Positions 34,440-42,460 of a stretch of 64,000 nucleotides of DNA are shown piece by piece. The DNA comes from Kofleriaceae bacterium (GTDB lineage: Bacteria; Myxococcota_A; Polyangia; Haliangiales; Haliangiaceae): assembly GCA_013368795.1 (NCBI GenBank), contig JABFXX010000065.1, positions 2,566-66,565 of the forward strand. Reading direction: 5' to 3'. The notes beneath the pieces were generated by a model, which was not told where the DNA came from, made no database searches, and was given only the letters and a program-made list of their open reading frames with translations. The position numbers and the translations under genes were made by a program. Positions within the stretch are counted from its first letter, which is position 1. Each line of letters begins with the position of its first letter.

Positions 34440-36065
34440 GTGGTCACGCACGCGACCAGGCCCGCACCCGGCGTCGTCTACACGCCGCGCGACGTGTGCG
34501 AGCCGATGGTGCGGCTGGCTCTCGCGCCGCTGCTCGAGGGCAAGAGCGCCGACGAGATCCTGCGCCTGCGCGTGTGCGATCCGGCGATCGGCGAGGGCGC
34601 ATTCCTCGTCGAGATCGTGCGCGTGATCGCCGAGGCGCTCGCGCGCAAGCGCGGTTATCAGCAGAGCGCGAAGAGGCTCGTCGCCGAGCGCTGCGTGTTC
34701 GGAATCGACATCGACGGTCGCGCCGTCGCCGCAGCGCGCGCCGCGGTCGAGACGTTCGTCGGCGAGCCGGTCCGCGCGCTCCGCGAGAACCTGCGCGTCG
34801 GCGATGCGCTGACGTCGGCGTGGCCCGAGCGATTCGACGCGCTCGTCGGTAATCCACCGTACGTGCGGCAGGAGCTGCTCGCGAACAAGGCCGCGCTGCG
34901 CGCGTTCGAGGCGTACGACGGCGTCGCCGACCTCTACGTCTACTTCATCGAGCTCGCACAGCGGATCGCGGATCGCTGGTGTCTCGTCGTGCCAAACAAG
35001 TGGCTGACGGTCGCGTACGGCCGCAAGCTGCGCGCGCTGCTCGCACGCGAGAGCTGCGTCGAGGGCATCGTCGACTTCGCACGCGGCATCCCGCTGTTCG
35101 CAGATGCCGATGCGTTTCCGTGCATCGTGTGGGGTGGACGGCGCCCGAACGGCCAGGTGCGTACCGCACGCGTGATATCGCCGATCTCGGTCGCCGACGC
35201 GCTCGCGAGCGTGGAGGCCGCAACGCGCCACGACCGGCTGACCGACGCGCCGTGGCACCTCGATGCGCGCGACGACGACACCGCGCTGATCGATCGGCTC
35301 GTCACGCAATTCCCGCCGCTGTCGACCGTGGTGCCAGAGCGGCCGTCGCGAGGGATCGTGACCGGTCTCAACAAGGCGTTCGTGATCGATCGCGCGACCC
35401 GCGACGCGATCGTCGACGACGAGCCCGCGGCAGCCGAGCTGATCCGGCCGTTCATCAAGGGCCGCGATGTTCGTCGCTGGCAGCCAGTGCACGCCGATCG
35501 CCACGTGTTGCTCGTCGATCGCGGCACGCCGCTCGATGCACTACCTCGGGTGCGCGCGCACCTCGCGCAGTTCCGGACGGCGCTCGAGCCCAAGCCCATC
35601 GGTCATCGCGGCGAGTGGGCCGGACGCAAGCCGGGCCCGTATCGCTGGTACGAGCTGCAGGATCCGGTGGTCCCGCTCGCGAAGTCGCGCGCGCCGCGGC
35701 TGTTCTATCAGGACATCCAGACCTCGCCCGCCTGCTGCCTCGATCCGAGCGGCGAGCTCGTGCCCGACACGACGGTGTGGATCCTCCCGTCGGCGGATCC
35801 GCTGCTGCTCGCCATCCTGAACTCGCCGCTCTACGCGTGGTACGCGCAGCGCCGGTTCCCTCCCGCGCTGAACGGCGCGGTGCGGCCGAAGCTCGAGTAC
35901 ATGCGCGCGCTGCCGATCGCGCAGCCGGCGCGTTCACTGCGCTCGCAGATCACCTCGCTCGTCGAGGCCCAGCTGCGCGAACCCGAGCCCGCGCGCGACG
36001 CGACGCTCGCCGAGCTCGTGCTCGAAGCCTACGCGCTCACCACCGCCGAGCGTGCGCTGGTCTAG
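34440..36065 (+). CDS. Gamma-class N6-adenine DNA methyltransferase (Eco57I/TaqI-like) with TaqI_C-like target-recognition domain; no nuclease partner
   Basis: GTG start. 'GVVYTPRDV' (motif X), 'CDPAIGEGAFL' (motif I), 'GNPPYV' (motif IV), long C-terminal domain. Confidence 0.8.
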   Translation: MVTHATRPAPGVVYTPRDVCEPMVRLALAPLLEGKSADEILRLRVCDPAIGEGAFLVEIVRVIAEALARKRGYQQSAKRLVAERCVFGIDIDGRAVAAARAAVETFVGEPVRALRENLRVGDALTSAWPERFDALVGNPPYVRQELLANKAALRAFEAYDGVADLYVYFIELAQRIADRWCLVVPNKWLTVAYGRKLRALLARESCVEGIVDFARGIPLFADADAFPCIVWGGRRPNGQVRTARVISPISVADALASVEAATRHDRLTDAPWHLDARDDDTALIDRLVTQFPPLSTVVPERPSRGIVTGLNKAFVIDRATRDAIVDDEPAAAELIRPFIKGRDVRRWQPVHADRHVLLVDRGTPLDALPRVRAHLAQFRTALEPKPIGHRGEWAGRKPGPYRWYELQDPVVPLAKSRAPRLFYQDIQTSPACCLDPSGELVPDTTVWILPSADPLLLAILNSPLYAWYAQRRFPPALNGAVRPKLEYMRALPIAQPARSLRSQITSLVEAQLREPEPARDATLAELVLEAYALTTAERALV

Positions 36066-36703
36066 GCGAGCGGCAGCGCCACGACAAAGCCGTTCGACTT
36101 GCACGAGAGCGCGCCTTCTTCGCGGCGCAACAGGAACGATGCGACGACGAGGAGCTCGTTCGCCTGCTGCGATGGCGTCTCGCTGCCGGTCAGCTCGAGC
36201 ACGACGCGGCCACCTTCGGTGCGATGCACGATGTCTGCGGTGCGCGTGCCCGACACGGGACCGCTGACGAGGTCGAACACGATGGCGAGCGCGTGCGTGA
36301 TCGACGGCGCCGCGACGTTGACGTCTACAGCGGGCACCTCGCCGCGCAGCTTCATCCCCGCACGTCCCGCAGCCATTGTCGCGAGCTCGCGCAGCGGCGT
36401 CCGCTTGCGCACCGGCGCCTTCGTCAGCGCGCGATTGACCATGACGAGGTTGTGCAGCTCGCGCAGCGAGCCTTGCGCCGTCTCGGCGACCATGCGGAGG
36501 TCGCCCTCGGCGATCTCCGTGATCTCGTCGAGCGACATCATCAAGCTCTGCAGCTTCGACGCGACGTCGTGGTGAAAGCCCGAGACTCGCGCGCCGACCG
36601 CCGCGAGCGCGAGCAGCGTGTCCGTCGCGACGACCCCGTGACGCGCGCAGGGCTGGCCGGACTCGTCGAAGTGAGGCGCACCGAGTCCGGATCGATCGGT
36701 CAC
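36062..36703 (-). CDS. Histidine-kinase-like protein (DHp H-box present, ATP-binding boxes degenerate)
   Basis: GTG at 36703 overlaps the receiver gene stop (GTGA). 'GFHHDVASKLQSLMMSLDEI' H-box-like. No recognisable DxGxG or GxGxG. Confidence 0.5.
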   Translation of the reverse strand: MTDRSGLGAPHFDESGQPCARHGVVATDTLLALAAVGARVSGFHHDVASKLQSLMMSLDEITEIAEGDLRMVAETAQGSLRELHNLVMVNRALTKAPVRKRTPLRELATMAAGRAGMKLRGEVPAVDVNVAAPSITHALAIVFDLVSGPVSGTRTADIVHRTEGGRVVLELTGSETPSQQANELLVVASFLLRREEGALSCKSNGFVVALPLA

Positions 36704-37269
36704 TTCGGCTCCAGATCCGCGTGGAGCTCGCCGAGCCCCAGAGCCGCAGCCTCGGCCCACGGATCCGACGTCACGATCAGCACGTCGTTGTCGCGCTCGA
36801 CCGTCGAGATGCCGGGGTACTCCGCCTCGAGCGCGTTGCGCAGCGCCTCGCGCCGCTCGCGCCGCTGGCGATCGCCCGACAGCGCGAGCAGCTCCTCGTG
36901 GCGCGCGACGCCTTCGAGCACGGCCTGACGGAGATGCTTGTCCTCGAACGGCTTGCCGAGGAAGCGGAAGATCTCGCCCTGGTTGATGCCGTCGATCGCG
37001 GTGTCGAGCGTGCGCCGTCCGGTCAGCAGGATGCGGACCGTCTCGGGACGCACGCGCTTCACCATGCCGGCGAGCTGCGCGCCCGTCATCTCGGGCATCT
37101 CGTAGTCGGACACGAGCACCGCGACGTTCTCGCGCGCGACCCAGTCGAGGATCTGCTGCACGCTCATCGTGTGCCTCACCTCGAAGCTCGGCTCGCGGCG
37201 CAGGCAACGCGCGACCGTCGAGAGCATCGCCTCGTCGTCGTCGACACAGAGGACCAGGTGCTTGCTCAT
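36700..37269 (-). CDS. Response regulator receiver protein (REC plus ~60-aa C-terminal tail)
   Basis: 'LCVDDDE', phospho-acceptor 'VLVSDYEMPEMTG', 'ILLTG', 'FLGKPF'. Confidence 0.85.
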   Translation of the reverse strand: MSKHLVLCVDDDEAMLSTVARCLRREPSFEVRHTMSVQQILDWVARENVAVLVSDYEMPEMTGAQLAGMVKRVRPETVRILLTGRRTLDTAIDGINQGEIFRFLGKPFEDKHLRQAVLEGVARHEELLALSGDRQRRERREALRNALEAEYPGISTVERDNDVLIVTSDPWAEAAALGLGELHADLEPK

Positions 37270-37270
37270 G

Positions 37271-38545
37271 TCAGCTGCTCAACCACTTTCGCCAGCCGCG
37301 GCGGTCGGTGACCTTCTCGATCTCGTCGAGCGCGGCGATGAACGCGCGCATGCCGGGGAACCGCTGCTGGGGCGACTTCTGCAGCATCGTCGTGATCGCG
37401 TCGGCGAGCTTCGGCGGCAGCGGGCCATGCGGGCTTTCGACGAGGGGAATCGGCGCCTGCACGTGCAGCATGCACAGCTCGCGCAGATCGTCGTGGTGGT
37501 AAGGCGGGCGACCGGCGAGCAGCTCGAACAGCACGCAGCCGAGGCCGTACTGATCGCTGCGATCGGTCGCCGGCAGGCCGCGCAGCTGCTCCGGCGAGAT
37601 GTATGCGGGCGTGCCGAGCACGAAGTCGCTGTCTTCCTCGTGGAACGACTCGCCCGCGAGCGACGCGAGGCCGAAGTCGACGAGCTTCACGTGGATCGGA
37701 TCCTGGCTCGTCACGAGCGCGTTCGACGGCGTGACGTCGGCGTGGATCACGCCGCGATCGTGCACCGCGGCGAGCGCGGTCGCGATCTGGCGCGCGATCG
37801 CGACGACATCGTGCGGCTGCAGCGGACCGCGACCGATCAGATCGGTCAGGCTTTCGCCCTCGCACAGCTCCATCACGAAGTATGGCCGGCCATCTGGCAG
37901 GTGGCCGAAGTCGAACACGTCGACGATGTTCGGGTGACGCACGCGCGCCGCCGCACGCGCCTCGCGCAGGAAGCGCTGCGCTGCCGTCGCGTCTCGCTCG
38001 ATGACCTTGCTGCGCAGAATTTTGAGCGCGTACTGCCGGCCGAGCACGACATGCTCGACCTTGAACACCGTGCCCATGCCGCCCTCACCGAGCGGCTCGA
38101 GGATGCGGTAGTTGCCGATGACGTCGCCGGTATCGCCGATCCGCTGCGGCGTCGCGGGCGCCTTCGCCTGCTGCTGGCGCTGCTTCGGCACCACCATGAG
38201 GTCGGCGCGCAGGCCCTTGCCGGGACGGATCGTGATGACGAAGTCGGCGTCGAGGTTGCCCGAGCGCACGGGCACGACTGCGCTCGACGTCGCCGAGCTC
38301 GCGAGGTCGAGACCCGCGATGTAGGCGAGCCTCGCGATCGTCGCGGCACCGCTCAGCGCCTCGACCGAGAACGACGTGAGGACCTCCTGCGATCGCTCGA
38401 GCACGATCATGTAGAGCTCTTCGGTCGACGGCGACGGCTCGATGTAGACGGCGTCGGCACCAGCACGCACCGCCGCGGCGAGCGTGACCTCTGCCAGACG
38501 CGTCGGATCGACGGTGCGCGGCTCGTTATGGACTGCGGTCGCCAT
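37271..38545 (-). CDS. Hanks-type Ser/Thr protein kinase with N-terminal GspE/PilB-N-like domain
   Basis: 'LGEGGMGTV','YALKIL','HADVTPSN','VDFGLA','GTPAYISPE'. N-terminus 'GADAVYIEP...IARLAYIAGLDL'. ORF extends to 38647; ATG 38545 preferred. Confidence 0.8.
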   Translation of the reverse strand: MATAVHNEPRTVDPTRLAEVTLAAAVRAGADAVYIEPSPSTEELYMIVLERSQEVLTSFSVEALSGAATIARLAYIAGLDLASSATSSAVVPVRSGNLDADFVITIRPGKGLRADLMVVPKQRQQQAKAPATPQRIGDTGDVIGNYRILEPLGEGGMGTVFKVEHVVLGRQYALKILRSKVIERDATAAQRFLREARAAARVRHPNIVDVFDFGHLPDGRPYFVMELCEGESLTDLIGRGPLQPHDVVAIARQIATALAAVHDRGVIHADVTPSNALVTSQDPIHVKLVDFGLASLAGESFHEEDSDFVLGTPAYISPEQLRGLPATDRSDQYGLGCVLFELLAGRPPYHHDDLRELCMLHVQAPIPLVESPHGPLPPKLADAITTMLQKSPQQRFPGMRAFIAALDEIEKVTDRRGWRKWLSS

Positions 38546-38594
38546 CCCACCGATACCTTGGCGCCATGTATCGCGGGTGATAGTAACACAGAGC

Positions 38595-39710
38595 ATGTCG
38601 TCGGAGATCGAGACGGTCGTATCGCCGAGCGCCGTCCGGCTCCTCATCGTCGATGACGATCTCGCGATCTGTCGCCAGCTCGCATCGGGACTCGCGACCG
38701 CCGGCTATCAGGTCGTCACTGCGAACGACGCCGATGGCGCGATCGCACAGGCAGCTCAGACACCTCCCGATCTCGCGATCGTCGACCTCGGTCTGCCCGG
38801 CGTCGGCGGCTTCGACGTCATTCGTCATCTCAAGAAACAGTTAGGAACGTCGATCCACATCATCACGTTGACCGGCGCCGACGACGAAGGCAGCCGCGCG
38901 GATGCGTTCGAGTCGGGCACCGACGACTACGTGCTGAAACCGATCGGCCTCTCCGAGATCAAGCGACGCGTGTCGGCGGCACTGCGCAACCAGCGCGCAT
39001 TCGTCGAGCTTCGCCTCGAGAAGGAGGCCGCCGAGCGCCGCCTCGTGTACGGCCAGGAGGCGAGCGCGCTCCTCGCACACGACCTCAACAACGGCCTGTC
39101 GGTCTCGCTCTCGAACCTGTCGTACCTGCTCGAGGTGATCCAGGGCGATACCGACACGACCGAGGCGCTCGCGATCACGCTGCGCTCGGTGCGCCGCATG
39201 TCCGGTCTCGTCGCGAACTTCGTCGACATCGCGCGGTTCGAGGACGCCGCGGTCAAGCCGATGGTGATGCGCACGAAGGTCCACGCGCTGCTCCAGTCGG
39301 TGATCGAGGTGAACTCGTCGTCGATCACCAAGGGCGCGAAGCTCGAGATCGACTGTCCCGAGACGCTCGAGGGCAGATTCGACGGCGGCCTCGTCGAGCG
39401 CGTCCTCCACAACCTGTTCGGCAACGCGACGCGCTACTGCAACGCGAACGGCCGCATCGTGCTCGGCGCGAAGCGCTGGATCGAAGGCGAGGACGGCAGC
39501 GTCGAGATCTGGGTGACGAACACCGGACCTCAGATCCCAGAGAACGTCCGAGCCAACCTGTTCGGCAAGTACAGCAAGGGCAAGGGCGGCAAGAGAGGCA
39601 TGGGCCTATACTTCTGTAGGCTCGTCGCCGACGCGCACGGTGGCCAGATCGAGTGCGAGGCGCGTCCCGACGGCCCGTGCTTCGTGCTCCGCCTCCCCGG
39701 GCGCGCCTAA
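38595..39710 (+). CDS. Hybrid REC-histidine kinase (N-terminal receiver, HisKA, HATPase_c)
   Basis: 'LLIVDDD','LAIVDLGLPG'. H-box 'LLAHDLNNGLS'. N-box 'LHNLFGNATRY'. G1-like 'VTNTGPQIPEN'. G2 'GKRGMGLYF'. Confidence 0.85.
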   Translation: MSSEIETVVSPSAVRLLIVDDDLAICRQLASGLATAGYQVVTANDADGAIAQAAQTPPDLAIVDLGLPGVGGFDVIRHLKKQLGTSIHIITLTGADDEGSRADAFESGTDDYVLKPIGLSEIKRRVSAALRNQRAFVELRLEKEAAERRLVYGQEASALLAHDLNNGLSVSLSNLSYLLEVIQGDTDTTEALAITLRSVRRMSGLVANFVDIARFEDAAVKPMVMRTKVHALLQSVIEVNSSSITKGAKLEIDCPETLEGRFDGGLVERVLHNLFGNATRYCNANGRIVLGAKRWIEGEDGSVEIWVTNTGPQIPENVRANLFGKYSKGKGGKRGMGLYFCRLVADAHGGQIECEARPDGPCFVLRLPGRA

Positions 39711-39822
39711 CGGCGGTCTACCCTACGGCTACCCGTCGGGGCGGCGCACTGCCGCACAATGCTGCACACCCGATCGTGTAGATTGAATTCGTGTTCAGGT
39801 CTGCGCACCAGGATCGAGGAAA

Positions 39823-41001
39823 ATGACGGTGGTGGGTGGCGGCGGCTCGACGACGAAACACCTCGGTCGTGTGCTCGTGGTCGACGATGACATCGCGATA
39901 CGCCGGGTGTGCGCACGCGTGCTCGGCAGCGAGGGCTGGGCGGTCACGGTCGCGGACAACGGAAAAAAAGCGATCGCCGAGCTCGAGAACAGCCCGCAGC
40001 CGTTCGATTGCGTGCTGTCGGACGTCAACATGCCGGAGCTCGACGGATTCGAGCTCGTCCAGGCCATGCGCAAGCGCGACGATGACATCCCGGTCCTGCT
40101 GATGACCGGCGATCCGTCGCTCGACGGCGCGGTCCGCGCGATCGACTACGGCGCGGTCTCGTACATCACGAAGCCGTTCTCGCAGGAGTCGCTCGCCGCA
40201 GCGGTCGCACGCGCGGCACGCAGGCACGGCGTCACGCGCATGCGCAGGCGCGCCGACTCGTTCATGCGCGCGCTGCTCGGCAACGATCCGGAAGCGATCG
40301 AGGCGAGGTTCTCCCGCGCGCTCGACGCGTCGTGGATGGCATTCCAGCCGATCCTCGACGTGCGCACCAAGAAGGTGTTCGCGTACGAGGCGCTGCTTCG
40401 CACCGACGAGGAATCGCTGCGCCGCACCGACATCTTCATCGCGACTGCCGAGCGCCTCGACAAGGTCCATCAGCTCGGCCGCATTGTTCGCGGCCATGTC
40501 GCGCAGGCGGCGGCCAACGTACCGGGCGACGCGCTGCTGTTCGTCAACGTGCACGGCCTCGAGCTGACCGACGAGGCGCTGTTCTCGCCTGACTCGCCGC
40601 TCGCGAAGCTCGCCGACCGCGTCGTCCTCGAGATCACCGAGCGCACCGGCCTCGATCCCGCGGCAGGCCCGACGCGCGTCGCGATGCTGCGCAAGCTCGG
40701 CTACCGGATCGCCGTCGACGATCTCGGCGCAGGCTACGCCGCGCTCGGCGCGCTCGCGACGCTCGAGCCGGAGATCGTGAAGCTCGACATGTCGCTCGTC
40801 CGCGATATCGATCGCCATCCGACGAAACGCCGCGTCGTCGCCGCGATCGCGAACCTCGTCGTCGAGCTCGGCGGCCGCGTCGTAGCGGAGGGCGTCGAGA
40901 CCGAGGCCGAGCGCCAGGCGTGCGTCGACTCCGGGATCGATCTGTTGCAGGGCTACCTGTTCGCGAAGCCCGCGCGGGCGTTTCAGCCGGTCTCGCTCTG
41001 A
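39823..41001 (+). CDS. Response regulator with EAL domain (c-di-GMP phosphodiesterase)
   Basis: REC 'VLVVDDD','CVLSDVNMPELDG'. EAL motifs 'YEALLR','FVNVH','LEITER','VDDLGAGYAAL','VKLD','AEGVET','LQGYLFAKP'. Confidence 0.85.
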   Translation: MTVVGGGGSTTKHLGRVLVVDDDIAIRRVCARVLGSEGWAVTVADNGKKAIAELENSPQPFDCVLSDVNMPELDGFELVQAMRKRDDDIPVLLMTGDPSLDGAVRAIDYGAVSYITKPFSQESLAAAVARAARRHGVTRMRRRADSFMRALLGNDPEAIEARFSRALDASWMAFQPILDVRTKKVFAYEALLRTDEESLRRTDIFIATAERLDKVHQLGRIVRGHVAQAAANVPGDALLFVNVHGLELTDEALFSPDSPLAKLADRVVLEITERTGLDPAAGPTRVAMLRKLGYRIAVDDLGAGYAALGALATLEPEIVKLDMSLVRDIDRHPTKRRVVAAIANLVVELGGRVVAEGVETEAERQACVDSGIDLLQGYLFAKPARAFQPVSL

Positions 41002-41600
41002 GCGGGGCGCGGCGACGCGCACGACAGCAGATCGCCGAGGATGCGCCAGGTCAGGCCCCAGATCGTGTAGTCCTCGAAGCGCCAGCTCGGGAACGTGCGG
41101 TCCGTCCCCGGGTAGGTGTACGGCGCGTCGAGCGAGCCCGATGCGGCGAGATCGATCGGCAGCCAGAACGCGGCCTCGGCCTCGGGTCCGACCTGCGGCG
41201 TGACCGCTTCCGTCGTCGTGAACACGAACGGCGTCACCTGCACACCGAGCGGTCCCGACATGAACGGCTGCAACACCGGGAGCGTGCCGAGCACGCGCGT
41301 TCCGGTGAGATCGACGCCGAGCTCCTCCTGGGTCTCGCGAATCGCCGTCGCGAGCAGGTGAGGGTCGCTCTTCGAGAACCGGCCGCCCGGTAGCGAGATG
41401 TGACCCGACCACGGATCGCCGTCGCGCTCGACGCGCTTCATGAGCAGCACTCGTGGCGCCGGCGGCTCGTCGTGGAGCAGGACGGCGACGGCGGCGCAGC
41501 GCCGGCTGTCATCCGGAGGCCGTGGCGGCTCGCCGAGCACCAGCTTACCGACCAGGCTCTCGATGAACTCCGACACGATCCTCAGCTTAGCGGATCGCAT
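40983..41600 (-). CDS. NUDIX hydrolase (CoA pyrophosphatase-like)
   Basis: Nudix box 'GGRFSKSDPHLLATAIRETQEELGV'. The 3' end overlaps the EAL gene by 19 nt. Confidence 0.8.
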   Translation of the reverse strand: MRSAKLRIVSEFIESLVGKLVLGEPPRPPDDSRRCAAVAVLLHDEPPAPRVLLMKRVERDGDPWSGHISLPGGRFSKSDPHLLATAIRETQEELGVDLTGTRVLGTLPVLQPFMSGPLGVQVTPFVFTTTEAVTPQVGPEAEAAFWLPIDLAASGSLDAPYTYPGTDRTFPSWRFEDYTIWGLTWRILGDLLSCASPRPAQSETG

Positions 41601-41611
41601 AGGATGCGGAA

Positions 41612-42460
41612 GTGATGGACGGCCGGCTATTCGGCTCGCTCGGCGTCGAGGTTCCCGTCGTCGGGCTCGGTACGTGGAACATGGAAGACGACGATCGCCG
41701 TGCAGCGATCGATGCGATCCGGCGCGCCGTCGACATCGGGCTCACGCACATCGACACCGCCGAGCTCTACGGGAGCGGCGAGGTCGAGTCGCTCGTCGGA
41801 GAAGCCATCACAGGTCGCGCTACACCCCGCGTGCGCGACCGCGTGTTCCTCGTCTCCAAGGTTCACCCGCGTAACGCTACGTACGCCGGCACGATCAAGG
41901 CATGCGAGGCGAGCCTCAGGCGCCTTCGCACCGATCGCCTCGACGTGTATCTCCTGCACTGGCGCGAGGACCTGCCGCTCGGCGAGACGTTCCGCGCATT
42001 CGAGACGCTGCGCGAGCAAGGCAAGATCCGCGCGTGGGGCGTGTCGAACTTCGATCCGGACGATCTCGAGGAGGCGCACCGGCTCGTCGGCGACGGCAAG
42101 ATCGCGTGCAACCAGGTGCTCTATCACCTCGGCGAGCGGACGATCGAGCATCGCGTGATCCCGTGGTGCGCCGAGCATGGCGTCGCCGTCGTCGCGTATA
42201 GCCCGTTCGGCGGCACCGGCGCGTGGCGGAAGCACAAGACGCTCGACGAGATCGCCAGCCGTCACGGCGCGACGCCGCGCCAGGTCGCGCTCGCATTCTT
42301 GACGCGCCTGCCGAACGTGTTCGCGATCCCGAAGTCGGCCAACGCCCGTCACGTCGACGACCTGGCCGCCGCGCGCGATGTCGCGCTGACCGATGACGAT
42401 GTCGCCGCGATCGAGAAGGCATTCCCGCGCGGCCCGTGGAGAGGACTTCCGACACTATGA
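41612..42460 (+). CDS. Aldo/keto reductase
   Basis: 'VGLGTWNM','IDTAELYGSGEVESLVG','LDVYLLHW','IPKSANARH'. Confidence 0.85.
   Translation: MMDGRLFGSLGVEVPVVGLGTWNMEDDDRRAAIDAIRRAVDIGLTHIDTAELYGSGEVESLVGEAITGRATPRVRDRVFLVSKVHPRNATYAGTIKACEASLRRLRTDRLDVYLLHWREDLPLGETFRAFETLREQGKIRAWGVSNFDPDDLEEAHRLVGDGKIACNQVLYHLGERTIEHRVIPWCAEHGVAVVAYSPFGGTGAWRKHKTLDEIASRHGATPRQVALAFLTRLPNVFAIPKSANARHVDDLAAARDVALTDDDVAAIEKAFPRGPWRGLPTL

Noticed and set aside
34386-35504. Upstream 373-codon extension of the prolyl oligopeptidase ORF (32175..35504)
   Set aside because: The extension is antisense to the methyltransferase and has no peptidase homology. A signal peptide/lipobox start 'MRIGWILFVAACSS' occurs at 34385.
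34440-38545. Complete Pgl / BREX type 2 or Type IIG restriction system
   Set aside because: Only an MTase and a small Ser/Thr kinase are present. There is no PglZ phosphatase, PglY/BrxC ATPase or nuclease domain. The kinase is far shorter than PglW and sits in a two-component operon. I kept this only as a low-probability remark.
37271-38545. Type II secretion / type IV pilus ATPase
   Set aside because: Only the N-terminal-like domain is present. There are no Walker A/B, Asp or His boxes, and the rest of the protein is a Hanks kinase.
36062-39710. Detocs-like defence system (histidine kinase, buffer receiver, receiver-effector)
   Set aside because: No nucleoside-phosphorylase-type effector is fused to a receiver. 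The output domain is an EAL phosphodiesterase. The HK has no Detocs-like sensor region that I can recognise.
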